Shown: in pieces, positions 53,077 to 62,454 of the stretch
Position numbering within the stretch: the stretch's first letter is position 1
Layout: each line of letters starts with the position of its first letter
Origin: Armatimonadota bacterium
GTDB lineage: Bacteria > Sysuimicrobiota > Sysuimicrobiia > Sysuimicrobiales > Kaftiobacteriaceae
Assembly (NCBI GenBank): GCA_037440005.1
Contig: JBBIUY010000005.1
Location: forward strand, 23,730-87,729
Length of the DNA: 64,000 nucleotides
Direction of reading: 5' to 3'
The notes under the pieces: generated by a model
Seen by the model: only the letters and a program-made list of their open reading frames with translations
Databases searched by the model: none
Told to the model about the DNA's origin: nothing
Made by a program: the position numbers and the translations under genes

Positions 53077-53778
53077 ATGGAGTCCCGGCGGATGGACAAG
53101 GTCTGGTACCTGCGTCAGGTGGACCTGTTTGCGGGGATCGACGACGAGGAGATGGGCCGGCTGGTGGAGCGCACCACCATGCACGAGTTCGGCCGCGGCA
53201 GCGTCATCCTCCACCCCGACGAGCCCCAGGAGCGGGTGTACCTGATCAAGGAGGGACGGGTGAAGATCTCCCGGTACTCCGCCGACGGCCGCGAGCAGAT
53301 CCTGGCGCTGCTGGAGCCCGGAGACCTGTTCGGCGAGCTGGCGCTGGTGGGGGAAGCCGAGCCCGTGCACGTGGAGGCCTTCGAGGACACCCTCATCTGC
53401 GCCCTCTCCCGGGACGACATGGTCGCCCTGCTGCGGCGGCGTCCGGAACTGATGCTGCAGGTCCTCCGGACCCTGGCCGACCGCCTGCGGGCGGCCGAGG
53501 AGGAGATCGCCGACCTGGTGTTCCGGACCGTCCCCGCGCGGCTGGCGGCCCTGCTGCTGCGCCTGGCGGAGGCCTACGGCCAGCGCAACGGCACCGGGCT
53601 GCGGCTGGCCCTGCGCCTGACCCACCAGGACATCGCCAGCATGATCGGCGCCACCCGGGAGACGGTGACGGCGACCCTGGGCCGCCTGCGGGCGGCCGGA
53701 CTGATCGCCACCGAGGGACGGCAGATCGTCATCCGGGACCCCGAGGGGCTGCGGCGCCTGTCGGCGAACAGGGAGTAG
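53077..53778 (+). CDS. Crp/Fnr-family transcriptional regulator
   Basis: GDLFGE cNMP-like fold; THQDIASMIGATRETV HTH. Confidence 0.92.
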   Translation: MESRRMDKVWYLRQVDLFAGIDDEEMGRLVERTTMHEFGRGSVILHPDEPQERVYLIKEGRVKISRYSADGREQILALLEPGDLFGELALVGEAEPVHVEAFEDTLICALSRDDMVALLRRRPELMLQVLRTLADRLRAAEEEIADLVFRTVPARLAALLLRLAEAYGQRNGTGLRLALRLTHQDIASMIGATRETVTATLGRLRAAGLIATEGRQIVIRDPEGLRRLSANRE

Positions 53779-53781
53779 GAG

Positions 53782-54147
53782 ATGCAGGTGGTCCTCGGGC
53801 TGGCGGGGGCCGTCATCAGCGCCTACGTGTGGTACAAGCAGGTGACCCCGGGGCCGGTCCTGTGCCTGGGCTCCGGGTGCGCGGCGGTCATCCGCAGCCG
53901 CTACGGCAGGGTGCTGGGCATCCCCAACGGGGCGCTGGGCGTCGTGTACTTCCTGGCGATGGCCGCCGTGCCGCTGGCCGCACCCTGGGGGCCGGTCCTG
54001 CGTCCGCTGGCCCTGGCGGCGACCACCGCAGCCCTGATCCTGTACGCGTACCTGACCTACCTGCAGCTGTTCGTGCTGCGCGCCCTGTGCAGCTGGTGCC
54101 TGGCATCCGCCGCGCTGGCGGCGGCGATCTTCGCCACGCTGGCCTGA
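53782..54147 (+). CDS. Vitamin K epoxide reductase (VKOR) family protein
   Basis: C....C..V..S.Y...LGIP, LCSWC. Confidence 0.88.
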   Translation: MQVVLGLAGAVISAYVWYKQVTPGPVLCLGSGCAAVIRSRYGRVLGIPNGALGVVYFLAMAAVPLAAPWGPVLRPLALAATTAALILYAYLTYLQLFVLRALCSWCLASAALAAAIFATLA

Positions 54148-54209
54148 CGGCGCCCGGCCGCGCGGACAGCGGGGCGCCGGACACGACGCAGACGGAGGGG
54201 ACGGACGCC

Positions 54210-55118
54210 ATGGACCTGGGAATGATCGGCCTGGGGCGCATGGGCGCCAACATGGCCGAGCGGCTGGTGCGGGCCGGCCACCGGGTGGTCGGGTACGCCC
54301 GGTCGGAGGCGTCCCGGCAGCGGGCCCGGCAGGCGGGCGCCGAGGCGGCGGCGTCCCTGGCCGAGCTGGCCGAGCGGCTGGCGCCGCCGCGGGTGGTGTG
54401 GCTGATGCTGCCGGCCGGCCGGACGGTGGACGAGACCCTGCAGGCGCTGGTGCCCCTGCTGGCCCGGGGCGACGTGGTGGTGGACGGCGGCAACTCCTAC
54501 TACCGGGACACCCTGCGGCGGGCCGAGTGGCTGACCGCGCGCGGGCTGGAGTTCGTGGACGTGGGCACCAGCGGCGGCATCTGGGGACGGACCGAGGGCT
54601 ACAGCCTGATGGTCGGCGGCCGGCCGGAAGGGGTGGAGCGCCTGCGGCCCATCCTCCAGGCGCTGGCCCCCGCGCCGGACCGCGGGTGGGGACACGTGGG
54701 ACCGCACGGGGCCGGCCACTTCGTCAAGATGGTGCACAACGGCATCGAGTACGGCATGATGCAGGCGCTGGCCGAGGGGTTCGCCCTGATGCGCCGCAAG
54801 CGGGACTTCGGCCTGGACCTCCACCAGGTGGCGGAGATCTGGCGGTACGGCAGCGTGGTGCGCTCGTGGCTGCTGGACCTGCTGGCCGCCGCGCTGGCCG
54901 AAGACCAGGACCTCCGGGACGTCGCCCCGCGCGTGGCGGACTCGGGCGAAGGGCGGTGGACGGTGCAGGAGGCCATCGACCTGGACAGCCCCGCCCCGGT
55001 CATCACCCTGGCCCTGATCCAGCGGCTGCGATCCCGGGACGACTACTCCTACGCCGACCGGCTGCTGGCGGTGCTGCGGCGGCAGTTCGGCGGCCACGAG
55101 GTCGGGAAGGCGACGTGA
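54210..55118 (+). CDS. gnd: 6-phosphogluconate dehydrogenase (short type)
   Basis: GLGRMG, DGGNS, DVGTSGG, KMVHNGIEY, RQFGGH. Confidence 0.95.
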   Translation: MDLGMIGLGRMGANMAERLVRAGHRVVGYARSEASRQRARQAGAEAAASLAELAERLAPPRVVWLMLPAGRTVDETLQALVPLLARGDVVVDGGNSYYRDTLRRAEWLTARGLEFVDVGTSGGIWGRTEGYSLMVGGRPEGVERLRPILQALAPAPDRGWGHVGPHGAGHFVKMVHNGIEYGMMQALAEGFALMRRKRDFGLDLHQVAEIWRYGSVVRSWLLDLLAAALAEDQDLRDVAPRVADSGEGRWTVQEAIDLDSPAPVITLALIQRLRSRDDYSYADRLLAVLRRQFGGHEVGKAT

Positions 55119-55891
55119 AGACGCCCGCGCCGGTCCGGCCGGCGGTGTACGTCTACCCGGACGTGGACGGCCTGGTGCGCGCGGCGGCCCGGGCCGTGGT
55201 GAGCTGCGTCCGGGCCGCCGTGGAGGCCGAGGGCCGCTGCGCGGTGGCGCTGTCGGGAGGCACCACGCCCCGGCCCCTGTACCGGCTGCTGGCCACCGAG
55301 TTCCGGGACCAGGTGCCCTGGGGTCAGGTGGACCTGTTCTGGGGGGACGAGCGCTACGTGCCCCCCGATGACCCCCGCAGCAACTTCCGGATGGTGCGCG
55401 AGACCCTGCTGGACCTGGTGCCCGTTCCCCCCCACAACGTCCACCCGATGCCCACCCACCACCCCGATCCCGAGGACGCGGCCCGGGCCTACGACGCCCT
55501 GCTGGCATCCCGCTTTCCCGGCCCCTGGCCCCGCTTCGACGTGCTGCTGCTGGGCCTGTCCGCCGACGGCCACATCGCCTCGCTGTTTCCGGCCTCCGCG
55601 GCCCTGCGGGTGACCGACCGGCGGGTGGTGGCCGTGCGGGTGCCCGCCGACCCTCCCCAGCGCCTGACCGTGACCCTGCCGGTGATCAACCACGCCTCCT
55701 CTGTCTACTTCCTGGTGGCCGGCAGGGGCAAGGCGGGCGCGGTGCACCGCGCCCTGGTGGACCCCCGGGACCCGGCCACCTCTCCCGCGGCGGCGGTCTG
55801 GCCGGTGCACGGGGAGGTGATCTGGTGGCTGGACGAGGCCGCGGCCACGTTTCTGGGGCCGGAGATCCGCACGCCCTCGCCCCCGGCGTGA
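55115..55891 (+). CDS. pgl: 6-phosphogluconolactonase
   Basis: LSGGTTP, WGDERYVP, DGHIASLFP. Confidence 0.93.
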   Translation: MKTPAPVRPAVYVYPDVDGLVRAAARAVVSCVRAAVEAEGRCAVALSGGTTPRPLYRLLATEFRDQVPWGQVDLFWGDERYVPPDDPRSNFRMVRETLLDLVPVPPHNVHPMPTHHPDPEDAARAYDALLASRFPGPWPRFDVLLLGLSADGHIASLFPASAALRVTDRRVVAVRVPADPPQRLTVTLPVINHASSVYFLVAGRGKAGAVHRALVDPRDPATSPAAAVWPVHGEVIWWLDEAAATFLGPEIRTPSPPA

Positions 55892-57075
55892 CCGGCCCGG
55901 ACGCCGACGTCCTGGCCCGGGCCTACCGCATCGCGGTCCGCGACCTGCGGGCCTGCTACAACCCCGACGGGATCGTCGCCGGCCGCCTCCACTTCAACGC
56001 CTACTGGGCCCGCGACGGGTTCTGGGCGTGTCTGGGAGCCCTGGCTCTGGGCGACGCCGACCAGGTCCGCGCCCACCTGGACACCTTCGTCCGCTTCCAG
56101 CGCCCGTCGGGCGAGGTTCCCGTCCGCATCGAATTCCTGGGGCACACCTTCGGCCACTACCACACCCGGCGCGTGCACCCCCGCGCCCTGTTCCGGGCGG
56201 GTACCCTGTTCGCCGACCCGCTGGATCCGACGGCCCTGTTCATCATCGCCGCCCGCGCGTATGCCGCGGCGACGGGGGACCTGGCCTTCTGCGGGCGCTT
56301 CCAGACGCCCATGGACCGGGCCGTGGCGTGGCTGGCGGCCCGGGACCGCGACGGCGACGGGCTGGTGGAAAGCGGCTACCTGGCCGGGTGGATGGACTCG
56401 GTGCTCAAGAAGGACAAGATCTTCTACCTCAACGTGGTGTACCTGGAAGGCCTGCGCGCCTGCGCCGAGGTGAACGACTGGCTCGGCCGCGTCCCGCAGG
56501 CCACACAGATGCGCCGGCGGGCGGAGCGGGTGGCCCGCCGGCTCCGGGAGGTCTTCTGGACGGGGGAGTACTTCGCCGACTGGGTCCACGCCGGCCGGCG
56601 GGGAGGGTTCAGCTCCGACGGCCACGTGCTGGCCATCCTCTGGGGGATCGCCGACGCCGGCGAGACCGCTCGCATCCTCGACGTGATCCGGCGCCGCGGT
56701 CTGGAGGCGGACACCCCGCTGAGGACCTGCGATCCTCCGTACCGCCCCTGGCAGATCTTCCCCTTCTACTACCTGGCGGGGATCCCCGACTACCACTCCA
56801 CCCTGGTGTGGCCGTGGCTGGGGATCCTGCACGCCGTCAACAAGGCGCGCCTGGGCCTGCGGGAGCAGGCCGTGGCGGACCTGGCGCGGATCGGCGGGTG
56901 GTTCGTGACGGGCGGGGCCGTGGCCGAAGTCTACGAGCCGGACGGACGGCCCGTCGCCCGCCGATTCTTCCAGGCGGAGGTGCCCTTCGCCTGGCACGCC
57001 GGCCTGTACGTCTACGCCCTGCACGCCCTGGGCCTGGCCCCCCTCCCCGCGGGCGCGTCGGGCGCCGCCCCCTGA
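55888..57075 (+). CDS. Six-hairpin glycosidase (glycogen debranching-like)
   Basis: YWARDG, WMDS, YH...VWPW, EVY...FAWHAG. Confidence 0.7.
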   Translation: MTGPDADVLARAYRIAVRDLRACYNPDGIVAGRLHFNAYWARDGFWACLGALALGDADQVRAHLDTFVRFQRPSGEVPVRIEFLGHTFGHYHTRRVHPRALFRAGTLFADPLDPTALFIIAARAYAAATGDLAFCGRFQTPMDRAVAWLAARDRDGDGLVESGYLAGWMDSVLKKDKIFYLNVVYLEGLRACAEVNDWLGRVPQATQMRRRAERVARRLREVFWTGEYFADWVHAGRRGGFSSDGHVLAILWGIADAGETARILDVIRRRGLEADTPLRTCDPPYRPWQIFPFYYLAGIPDYHSTLVWPWLGILHAVNKARLGLREQAVADLARIGGWFVTGGAVAEVYEPDGRPVARRFFQAEVPFAWHAGLYVYALHALGLAPLPAGASGAAP

Positions 57076-57099
57076 CCTCTCCCGCCGTCGGACCCGCGC

Positions 57100-57143
57100 T
57101 GTCAGGTTCCTTACATCCACGCCGACCCGGGTCCGCCTACCAT
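57100..57143 (+). promoter_or_regulatory. Crp/Fnr-type site plus -10 element
   Basis: TGTCA-N6-TTACA (57100-57115), 22 nt from TACCAT. Confidence 0.6.
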
Positions 57144-57176
57144 GAGGGTGTGCATCACGCCCAGAGGGGGGAGTCC

Positions 57177-57356
57177 ATGACAGAGCTCAGCTGTTGCGGG
57201 GTGACGTTTGCGTCGGCGGAGGAGCTGGCCCGGCACGAAGTCAAGGCGCACGGCGCGTCCAGGCCCGCGGCCGGAAGCTGCTGCGGCCTGACGTTCTACA
57301 CCCAGGCCGGGCTGGAGGAGCACCTCCGGACGGCGCACGGAAAGAAGGCTTCCTAG
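57177..57356 (+). CDS. 59-aa twin CC-x12-H-x4-H zinc-finger-like microprotein
   Basis: RBS GGGGGAG; SCCGVTF...LARHEVKAH and SCCGLTF...LEEHLRTAH. Confidence 0.75.
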   Translation: MTELSCCGVTFASAEELARHEVKAHGASRPAAGSCCGLTFYTQAGLEEHLRTAHGKKAS

Positions 57357-57401
57357 GCCGGGGCCCCGGGCGTCCCCGGCCGGGCGGAGGCGGGATGGCG
57401 C

Positions 57402-58553
57402 ATGAGGCGGGCCGTGGTGGCGGCGGTGGTGGGGGTGCTGGCGGTCCTGGCGGGCGCAGGCCTGTGGCTGCGGCCGGGCCGGCCCGCCGCTACCGCCCCC
57501 TCCGGCGAGCGGGTGCCCTTTGACACCACCGAGTGGAGGACGGACTTCAGCAAGCACAGCGTGCCCCTCGGCGCGATCATCCCGGGCGGACCGCCCAAGG
57601 ACGGGATTCCCGCCATCGACCGCCCCCAGTTCGACACCGTGGCCCAGGCCGACCGGTGGCTGAAGCCCCGGGAGCCGGTCATCCTGTTCGAGCACGCCGG
57701 CGACGCGCGCGCCTATCCCCTGCAGGTCCTCATCTGGCACGAGATCGTCAACGATACGGTGGGCGGGCGGCCGGCGGTGATCACCTTCTGTCCCCTGTGC
57801 AACACGTCCATCGTCTTCGACCGGCGCGTGGCCGGGCGGGTGCTGGACTTCGGGACCACCGGCCGGCTGCGGTTTTCGGACCTGGTGATGTACGACCGGC
57901 AGACCGAGTCCTGGTGGCAGCAGGCCACCGGGGAGGCCGTCGTGGGGGAACTGACCGGGCAGCGGCTCACGTTCCTGCCGTCCCTGGTCGTCTCCTGGGA
58001 GATGTTCCGAACCTCCCGGCCCCGGGGACGGGTCCTCAACCGCCAGACCGGCCACACCCGGGCCTACGGGGTCAACCCCTACGCGGGCTACGACGACATC
58101 GCGTCGTCGCCCTTCCTGTACCGGGGCCCCACCGACGGCCGCCTGCCGCCGATGGCGCGCGTGGTCACCGTGTCGCTGGGCGGGGAAGACGTCGCCTACC
58201 CGTTCAGCGCGCTGGAGAAGACTCCGGTGGTCAACGACGTCGTCGGCGGCAGGCCGGTGGCGGTCTTCTACACCCGCGGGGTCGCGTCGGCCCTGGACCG
58301 CAGCAGCATCGCCGACTCCCGCGACGTGGGGACGGCGGCGGTGTTCGAACGGACCCTGCAGGGCCGCGTGCTGACCTTCCGCCTGGCCGGGGATCGCATT
58401 ACCGACGTGCAGACGGGCAGCGCGTGGACCGTGCTGGGAGCGGCCACCGCCGGGCCTCTGGCGGGGCAGCGCCTGACGCCGGTGGTGCACGGCCAGCACT
58501 TCTGGTTCTCCTGGGCGGTCTTCAAGCCCCGGACGCGGGTCTACACACCGTAA
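57402..58553 (+). CDS. DUF3179 protein (CPLC form)
   Basis: GGPPKDGIPAID, WHEIVND, TFCPLC, MYDRQTESWWQQ. Confidence 0.92.
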   Translation: MRRAVVAAVVGVLAVLAGAGLWLRPGRPAATAPSGERVPFDTTEWRTDFSKHSVPLGAIIPGGPPKDGIPAIDRPQFDTVAQADRWLKPREPVILFEHAGDARAYPLQVLIWHEIVNDTVGGRPAVITFCPLCNTSIVFDRRVAGRVLDFGTTGRLRFSDLVMYDRQTESWWQQATGEAVVGELTGQRLTFLPSLVVSWEMFRTSRPRGRVLNRQTGHTRAYGVNPYAGYDDIASSPFLYRGPTDGRLPPMARVVTVSLGGEDVAYPFSALEKTPVVNDVVGGRPVAVFYTRGVASALDRSSIADSRDVGTAAVFERTLQGRVLTFRLAGDRITDVQTGSAWTVLGAATAGPLAGQRLTPVVHGQHFWFSWAVFKPRTRVYTP

Positions 58554-58569
58554 CGGGGGGGGTGGGAGA

Positions 58570-59025
58570 GTGGACATCCGGCGGGCTGTCGTGGCCGGAG
58601 TGGTGGCCAGCGTGGTCATGGGCATGATCGAGATGATCTACGAGGTCGTCGCCGGCGACGGGTTCTGGGCGCCGGTGGTGTACATCGGCGCCACCGTCCT
58701 CCGGCGCCTGCAGGAGACCCGGCCGCCGGTGGTCTTTGACGTGGGAGGGGTCGTGCTGGGCCTGGCCGGCCACATGATGAACTCGGCCGTCCTGGGCCTG
58801 GTGTTCGGAGCGCTGACGGGACGCCGGGACCTCGGCCGCGGCACGGCGGCCACCTGGGGAGCGGTGTACGGACTGATCGTGTTCGTCGTCATGTGGTACG
58901 GCATCGTCCCCCTGGTGGACCCCGTGATGCGCCAGCTGCACGCCGGGGTCTTCGCCGTCGCCCACGTGGTGTGGGGCGCCGTTCTGAGCCTGCTCCTGAC
59001 GCCTGCACCCCGGGCGGCCGCCTGA
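58570..59025 (+). CDS. Four-TM membrane protein with conserved His residues
   Basis: Hydrophobic helices, GLAGH, AHVVWG. Confidence 0.75.
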   Translation: MDIRRAVVAGVVASVVMGMIEMIYEVVAGDGFWAPVVYIGATVLRRLQETRPPVVFDVGGVVLGLAGHMMNSAVLGLVFGALTGRRDLGRGTAATWGAVYGLIVFVVMWYGIVPLVDPVMRQLHAGVFAVAHVVWGAVLSLLLTPAPRAAA

Positions 59026-59122
59026 CGGCCCCGGCGCCGGCGGTGGAATCTTCCCGACACCGTCCCCAGCCGGTCCGTCCCCAGGGCGGGGACGAGGGCG
59101 ACGCCACGCACAGGGGGATGGC

Positions 59123-60193
59123 ATGGAGAGTCGTGTCCTGACCCGACGGGACTTCTTGCGGTGGTCCGCCGTCGCGGGGGCGGCGCTGGCGGGCGGAACG
59201 ATCCTTCGGACCGCGGCAGCCCCGCGGGTGCGGCGGCATGTGGCCGACATCCTGCGCTTTTCCTTCCGACCCCAGGGGTGGCCGGGGCAGTTCGGCTTCG
59301 TCACCCTGCGGATCCACCCGGTCTTCTTCGACGGCGGGCGGGCCTACCACATCCGCACCGACACCTCCGACGCGGCCATGGCCCGCACCGTGGGGCTGGT
59401 GCACGCTCCCAAGCTGGCCAAGGCCATCGACGCGGATGCCGCCGCCGACTACTACGTCTTCACCAACGGCGCGTCGGGCCAGCTGCCGGTGGTGAGCACC
59501 GTGCCCGGACAGGAGGACTACACGCCGGCCTACCGGCTGCACCGGGTCACCTTCACCGGGTCCCCGCGGGTCCTGACGTCGGCGGCGCAGATCCGGGACG
59601 CGGCGGCCGACGGCCGGCTGCGGGTGGAGGCCACCGGCACCGTGGTGAACTACCCGGTGGTGAAGTGGCCGGACGGCGAGATGCCCCACGACCGGGTGCG
59701 GACCGCCTACCTGGGAGAGGGGCAGCTGCTCACGCCCGTGGACGTGGACCGGCGGGAGGTGACCTTCAAGCTGCAGCAGTGCTTCCCCGGCGAGTGGTAC
59801 ATCGTCACCGACACCTCGGCCTCCCCCATGGCGCCCATGATGCGCATCCCGGCGTCGCCCCGGACGGCGCTGCTGACCAAGGCCGGAGCCACGGCGAAGA
59901 TCCTCGTGTTCGGCAACGGCATCCGGGGGTCCGGGCCCATGGGGTTCCAGCCCTCGGTGGTGGACTCGCTGCCCGGCAACCCGGTGTGGAGCCCGTTCTG
60001 GGACCACGTCACCTTCACCTGGGTGGAGGGGCGCACGCCGGTGGTGATCCGGGACCAGAAGCAGCTGCTGGAGCGCGAGCGGGCCGGCGACCTGCGGCGC
60101 TGGCCCGGGACGCCGGACACCCGGGGGGAGCTGTTCGTGGTGAACTGCCCGATTCCGATCACCAGCCCCGTGCTGTGGCGGCCTCCGGCGTAG
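59123..60193 (+). CDS. Tat-exported protein with an internal domain repeat
   Basis: TRRDFL signal; repeated YHIRTDTS/YIVTDTS and PG..(Y/W)(T/S)P motifs. Confidence 0.8.
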   Translation: MESRVLTRRDFLRWSAVAGAALAGGTILRTAAAPRVRRHVADILRFSFRPQGWPGQFGFVTLRIHPVFFDGGRAYHIRTDTSDAAMARTVGLVHAPKLAKAIDADAAADYYVFTNGASGQLPVVSTVPGQEDYTPAYRLHRVTFTGSPRVLTSAAQIRDAAADGRLRVEATGTVVNYPVVKWPDGEMPHDRVRTAYLGEGQLLTPVDVDRREVTFKLQQCFPGEWYIVTDTSASPMAPMMRIPASPRTALLTKAGATAKILVFGNGIRGSGPMGFQPSVVDSLPGNPVWSPFWDHVTFTWVEGRTPVVIRDQKQLLERERAGDLRRWPGTPDTRGELFVVNCPIPITSPVLWRPPA

Positions 60194-60235
60194 ACGGCAC
60201 CGGGCGAGGGCGACTCGCCTTCCGGACCGGATCGT

Positions 60236-61244
60236 CTAGGGGGGCGCGTAGATCTCCGCGCGGGGGGTAGAAGTCCAGCCAGGCCCACTCGAAGGCCGGC
60301 GTGTGCGGGATCACCCGCAGCACCTGCCCCCGCAGCGGGCCCTCGGTGGCGATGCCGCGGAGGGGATCCCACACCGACCCGGTCTCCCGGTCGGTGAGCC
60401 GTCCGTCCCGCAGGGCGAAGGTGAGGGTGCGGTCGGGCAGCTGGCGGATCAGGGTCTGCACCCGGCGGGTCAGAGGGTCGGCATAGAGCAGGACCGGATG
60501 GGGGCCGACCCGGTGGTTGATGACGCGCAGCCGCGCGGCGTCCCGGTACCGGAAGGCGGCGGCGTGCTCGCCCAGGGCCACCCCCACCACGAAGTCGTCC
60601 CGGGGGCGCTCCCGCGCCAGGGGGCCCCGCAGCGTCCCCTCCTCGGCCAGGACCAGCGCGTCGGGATGCTCCCGTCGCCACGTCCCCCAGGGGACCAGGG
60701 CGGCGGAAAGCGGGCTCAGTGTGGTCCCCCGCAGCGGGCCGACCAGAGCCGTCCCCAGGGGCTGCGACCAGATGGACCCGGTGTCGTGGTCCCACCAGGT
60801 CATGGCGCGCATGTACAGCCACCCCTGGTTCCCGAACACCGCTGGCCTGCCCCGGATGCGCCGGTCATGCACGAGACCGGTGTAGCACATAGCACAGCGG
60901 TCACCAGGTGACCAGGACGGGTACGCCGCCGACGGTGTCGTTGACCATCTCCCGGTGGGTGAGGATGCTGATCGGATACGCCCGGGCATCGCCGCCGATC
61001 TCGACGGCGAGCACCAGCTCGTCGTCCCGCACCCGGGTTGCGGCCGCGCTGCTGAAGCGGGGCCGGTAGATGGGGGGATGGCGTCCCGGGGCAGGACGCG
61101 GTGCATCCGCGCCAGCGCCTCCTGTTCGTCGTCGGTCAGAGCCACCGGGGCCGACCCTCCTCCCGGAAGAGATAACCGGGTCCCCAGCCAGGAGGCCACG
61201 ACACCTGCCAGCACAACCCACATCCACCTCCTCAGGGGTCGCAT
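60236..61244 (-). pseudogene. DUF3179 selenoprotein (UPLC), frameshifted
   Basis: EMVNDTVGGVPVLVTW-TGA-PLC; lesions at C-run 61072-61077, 7-bp duplication 60883-60896, C-run 60262-60267. Confidence 0.8.
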
Positions 61245-61253
61245 GCACTGTGT

Positions 61254-61296
61254 ATCGTGACAGGCGCGGGGCGGCGCCGCTGTAGGGATGCCTACA
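61254..61296 (-). promoter_or_regulatory. Crp/Fnr-type site plus -10 element
   Basis: Perfect TGTAG-N6-CTACA (61281-61296), 21 nt from CACGAT. Confidence 0.55.
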
Positions 61297-61353
61297 CGCC
61301 GGAGCGGCTCCGGGCGGGGCGGTCCCCGGACCCGGCGACACGCCGATGCCGCG

Positions 61354-61920
61354 TCAGCGGGCTCCGGACAGAGACAGCAGCTCGTCGGTGAACGCCCGCA
61401 TCTGGGCCAGGGTCAGCAGCCCCGTGTGGTGGCGGACGATCGTCCCGTCGGTGGCGATGAAGACGGTGGTGGGCATGCCCACCACGCCGAACGCGCGGAC
61501 GACGTGGCCGTCGAAGGTGGTCCCCGTGGGGTAGGTCACGCCCAGCTGCCGGCGCAGGGCCTGTCCCTCCTCCCGGGACCCCAGGCCGATGAACGGCCCG
61601 ACGTCCACGCCGACCAGCAGGTAGCGTCCCGGCCGGTGCGTCTGGTACAGGCGCTGGAAGTCGGGCATCTCCGCCCGGCAGGGGGGACACAGAGCCGCCC
61701 AGAAGTTGAGGACGACCGGCGCGCGCACCCACAGCGCCGACAGGGCGGCGGGAGGGTCCGGGTCCCTCCCGTCGGCGGCGTAGAAGACGATCTCCATGTC
61801 CGGCGCCGGCCGGCGGGCGGGAGCAGGCGCGGAGGGCGCCTCCGGCCGCGGGCGGATGGCCACCACGCCGACGCCGACCGCCGCGGCCAGGACCAGGGCG
61901 AGCACGAGAGCCCGTCGCAT
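61354..61920 (-). CDS. TlpA/ResA-like thiol-disulfide oxidoreductase
   Basis: N-terminal anchor, VLNFWAALCPPCRAEMP, GMPTT. Confidence 0.9.
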   Translation of the reverse strand: MRRALVLALVLAAAVGVGVVAIRPRPEAPSAPAPARRPAPDMEIVFYAADGRDPDPPAALSALWVRAPVVLNFWAALCPPCRAEMPDFQRLYQTHRPGRYLLVGVDVGPFIGLGSREEGQALRRQLGVTYPTGTTFDGHVVRAFGVVGMPTTVFIATDGTIVRHHTGLLTLAQMRAFTDELLSLSGAR

Positions 61921-61923
61921 GGA

Positions 61924-62289
61924 TCAGAACGTGATGATGGTGTATCCGTCCTCCAGCAACCGCCGCAGGCTGGGGTGGCCGTCGTGGTCTGCGAGCAGCG
62001 GGATGGTCTGCGCCTGAATCGTTTCCTGCACGCCGTAGGCGGCGGCGCAGTAGCGGCAGGCGCCGTACACCGCGTCCCGCACGGCGGCCAGCAGCGGGCC
62101 GTAGCGGTGGCCCGGGGAGGTGAGCTCGCCGAGCCAGCGGGTCCCGGCGCCGTCGAAGACGATCCGCACGTCGTCGCCGGCCTCGTGGAACTCCCTGGCC
62201 GCCTCCAGGGCGTTCACCACGCGCCCCAGGTCGCCGCGGGCGTCGGTGCCCGCCAGGATGATCAGTGCCACACGGTGCATCGGGTCCAC
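61924..62289 (-). CDS. DsrE-like protein
   Basis: IVFDGAG, GACRYCA, GHPS, GYTIITF. Confidence 0.8.
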   Translation of the reverse strand: MDPMHRVALIILAGTDARGDLGRVVNALEAAREFHEAGDDVRIVFDGAGTRWLGELTSPGHRYGPLLAAVRDAVYGACRYCAAAYGVQETIQAQTIPLLADHDGHPSLRRLLEDGYTIITF

Positions 62290-62330
62290 TCCTCCGTCGG
62301 AGTCGTCCGCCCGGGAGGGCGTGCGTCTTG

Positions 62331-62374
62331 AGTGTCGCCGGCCGTCCCGCCGGCGATCTGTGAGCGCGCTTACA
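62331..62374 (-). promoter_or_regulatory. Crp/Fnr-type site in the divergent dsrE/glutaredoxin intergenic region
   Basis: TGTGA-N6-TTACA (62359-62374), 22 nt from GACACT on the minus strand. Confidence 0.6.
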
Positions 62375-62454
62375 CCGGTCCCCGACCGGCGGCGCGGGGC
62401 CGCGGGAATAGGGATCGGGACGCCCGTCGTCAGACGGAAAGGGGGGAGACGTCT

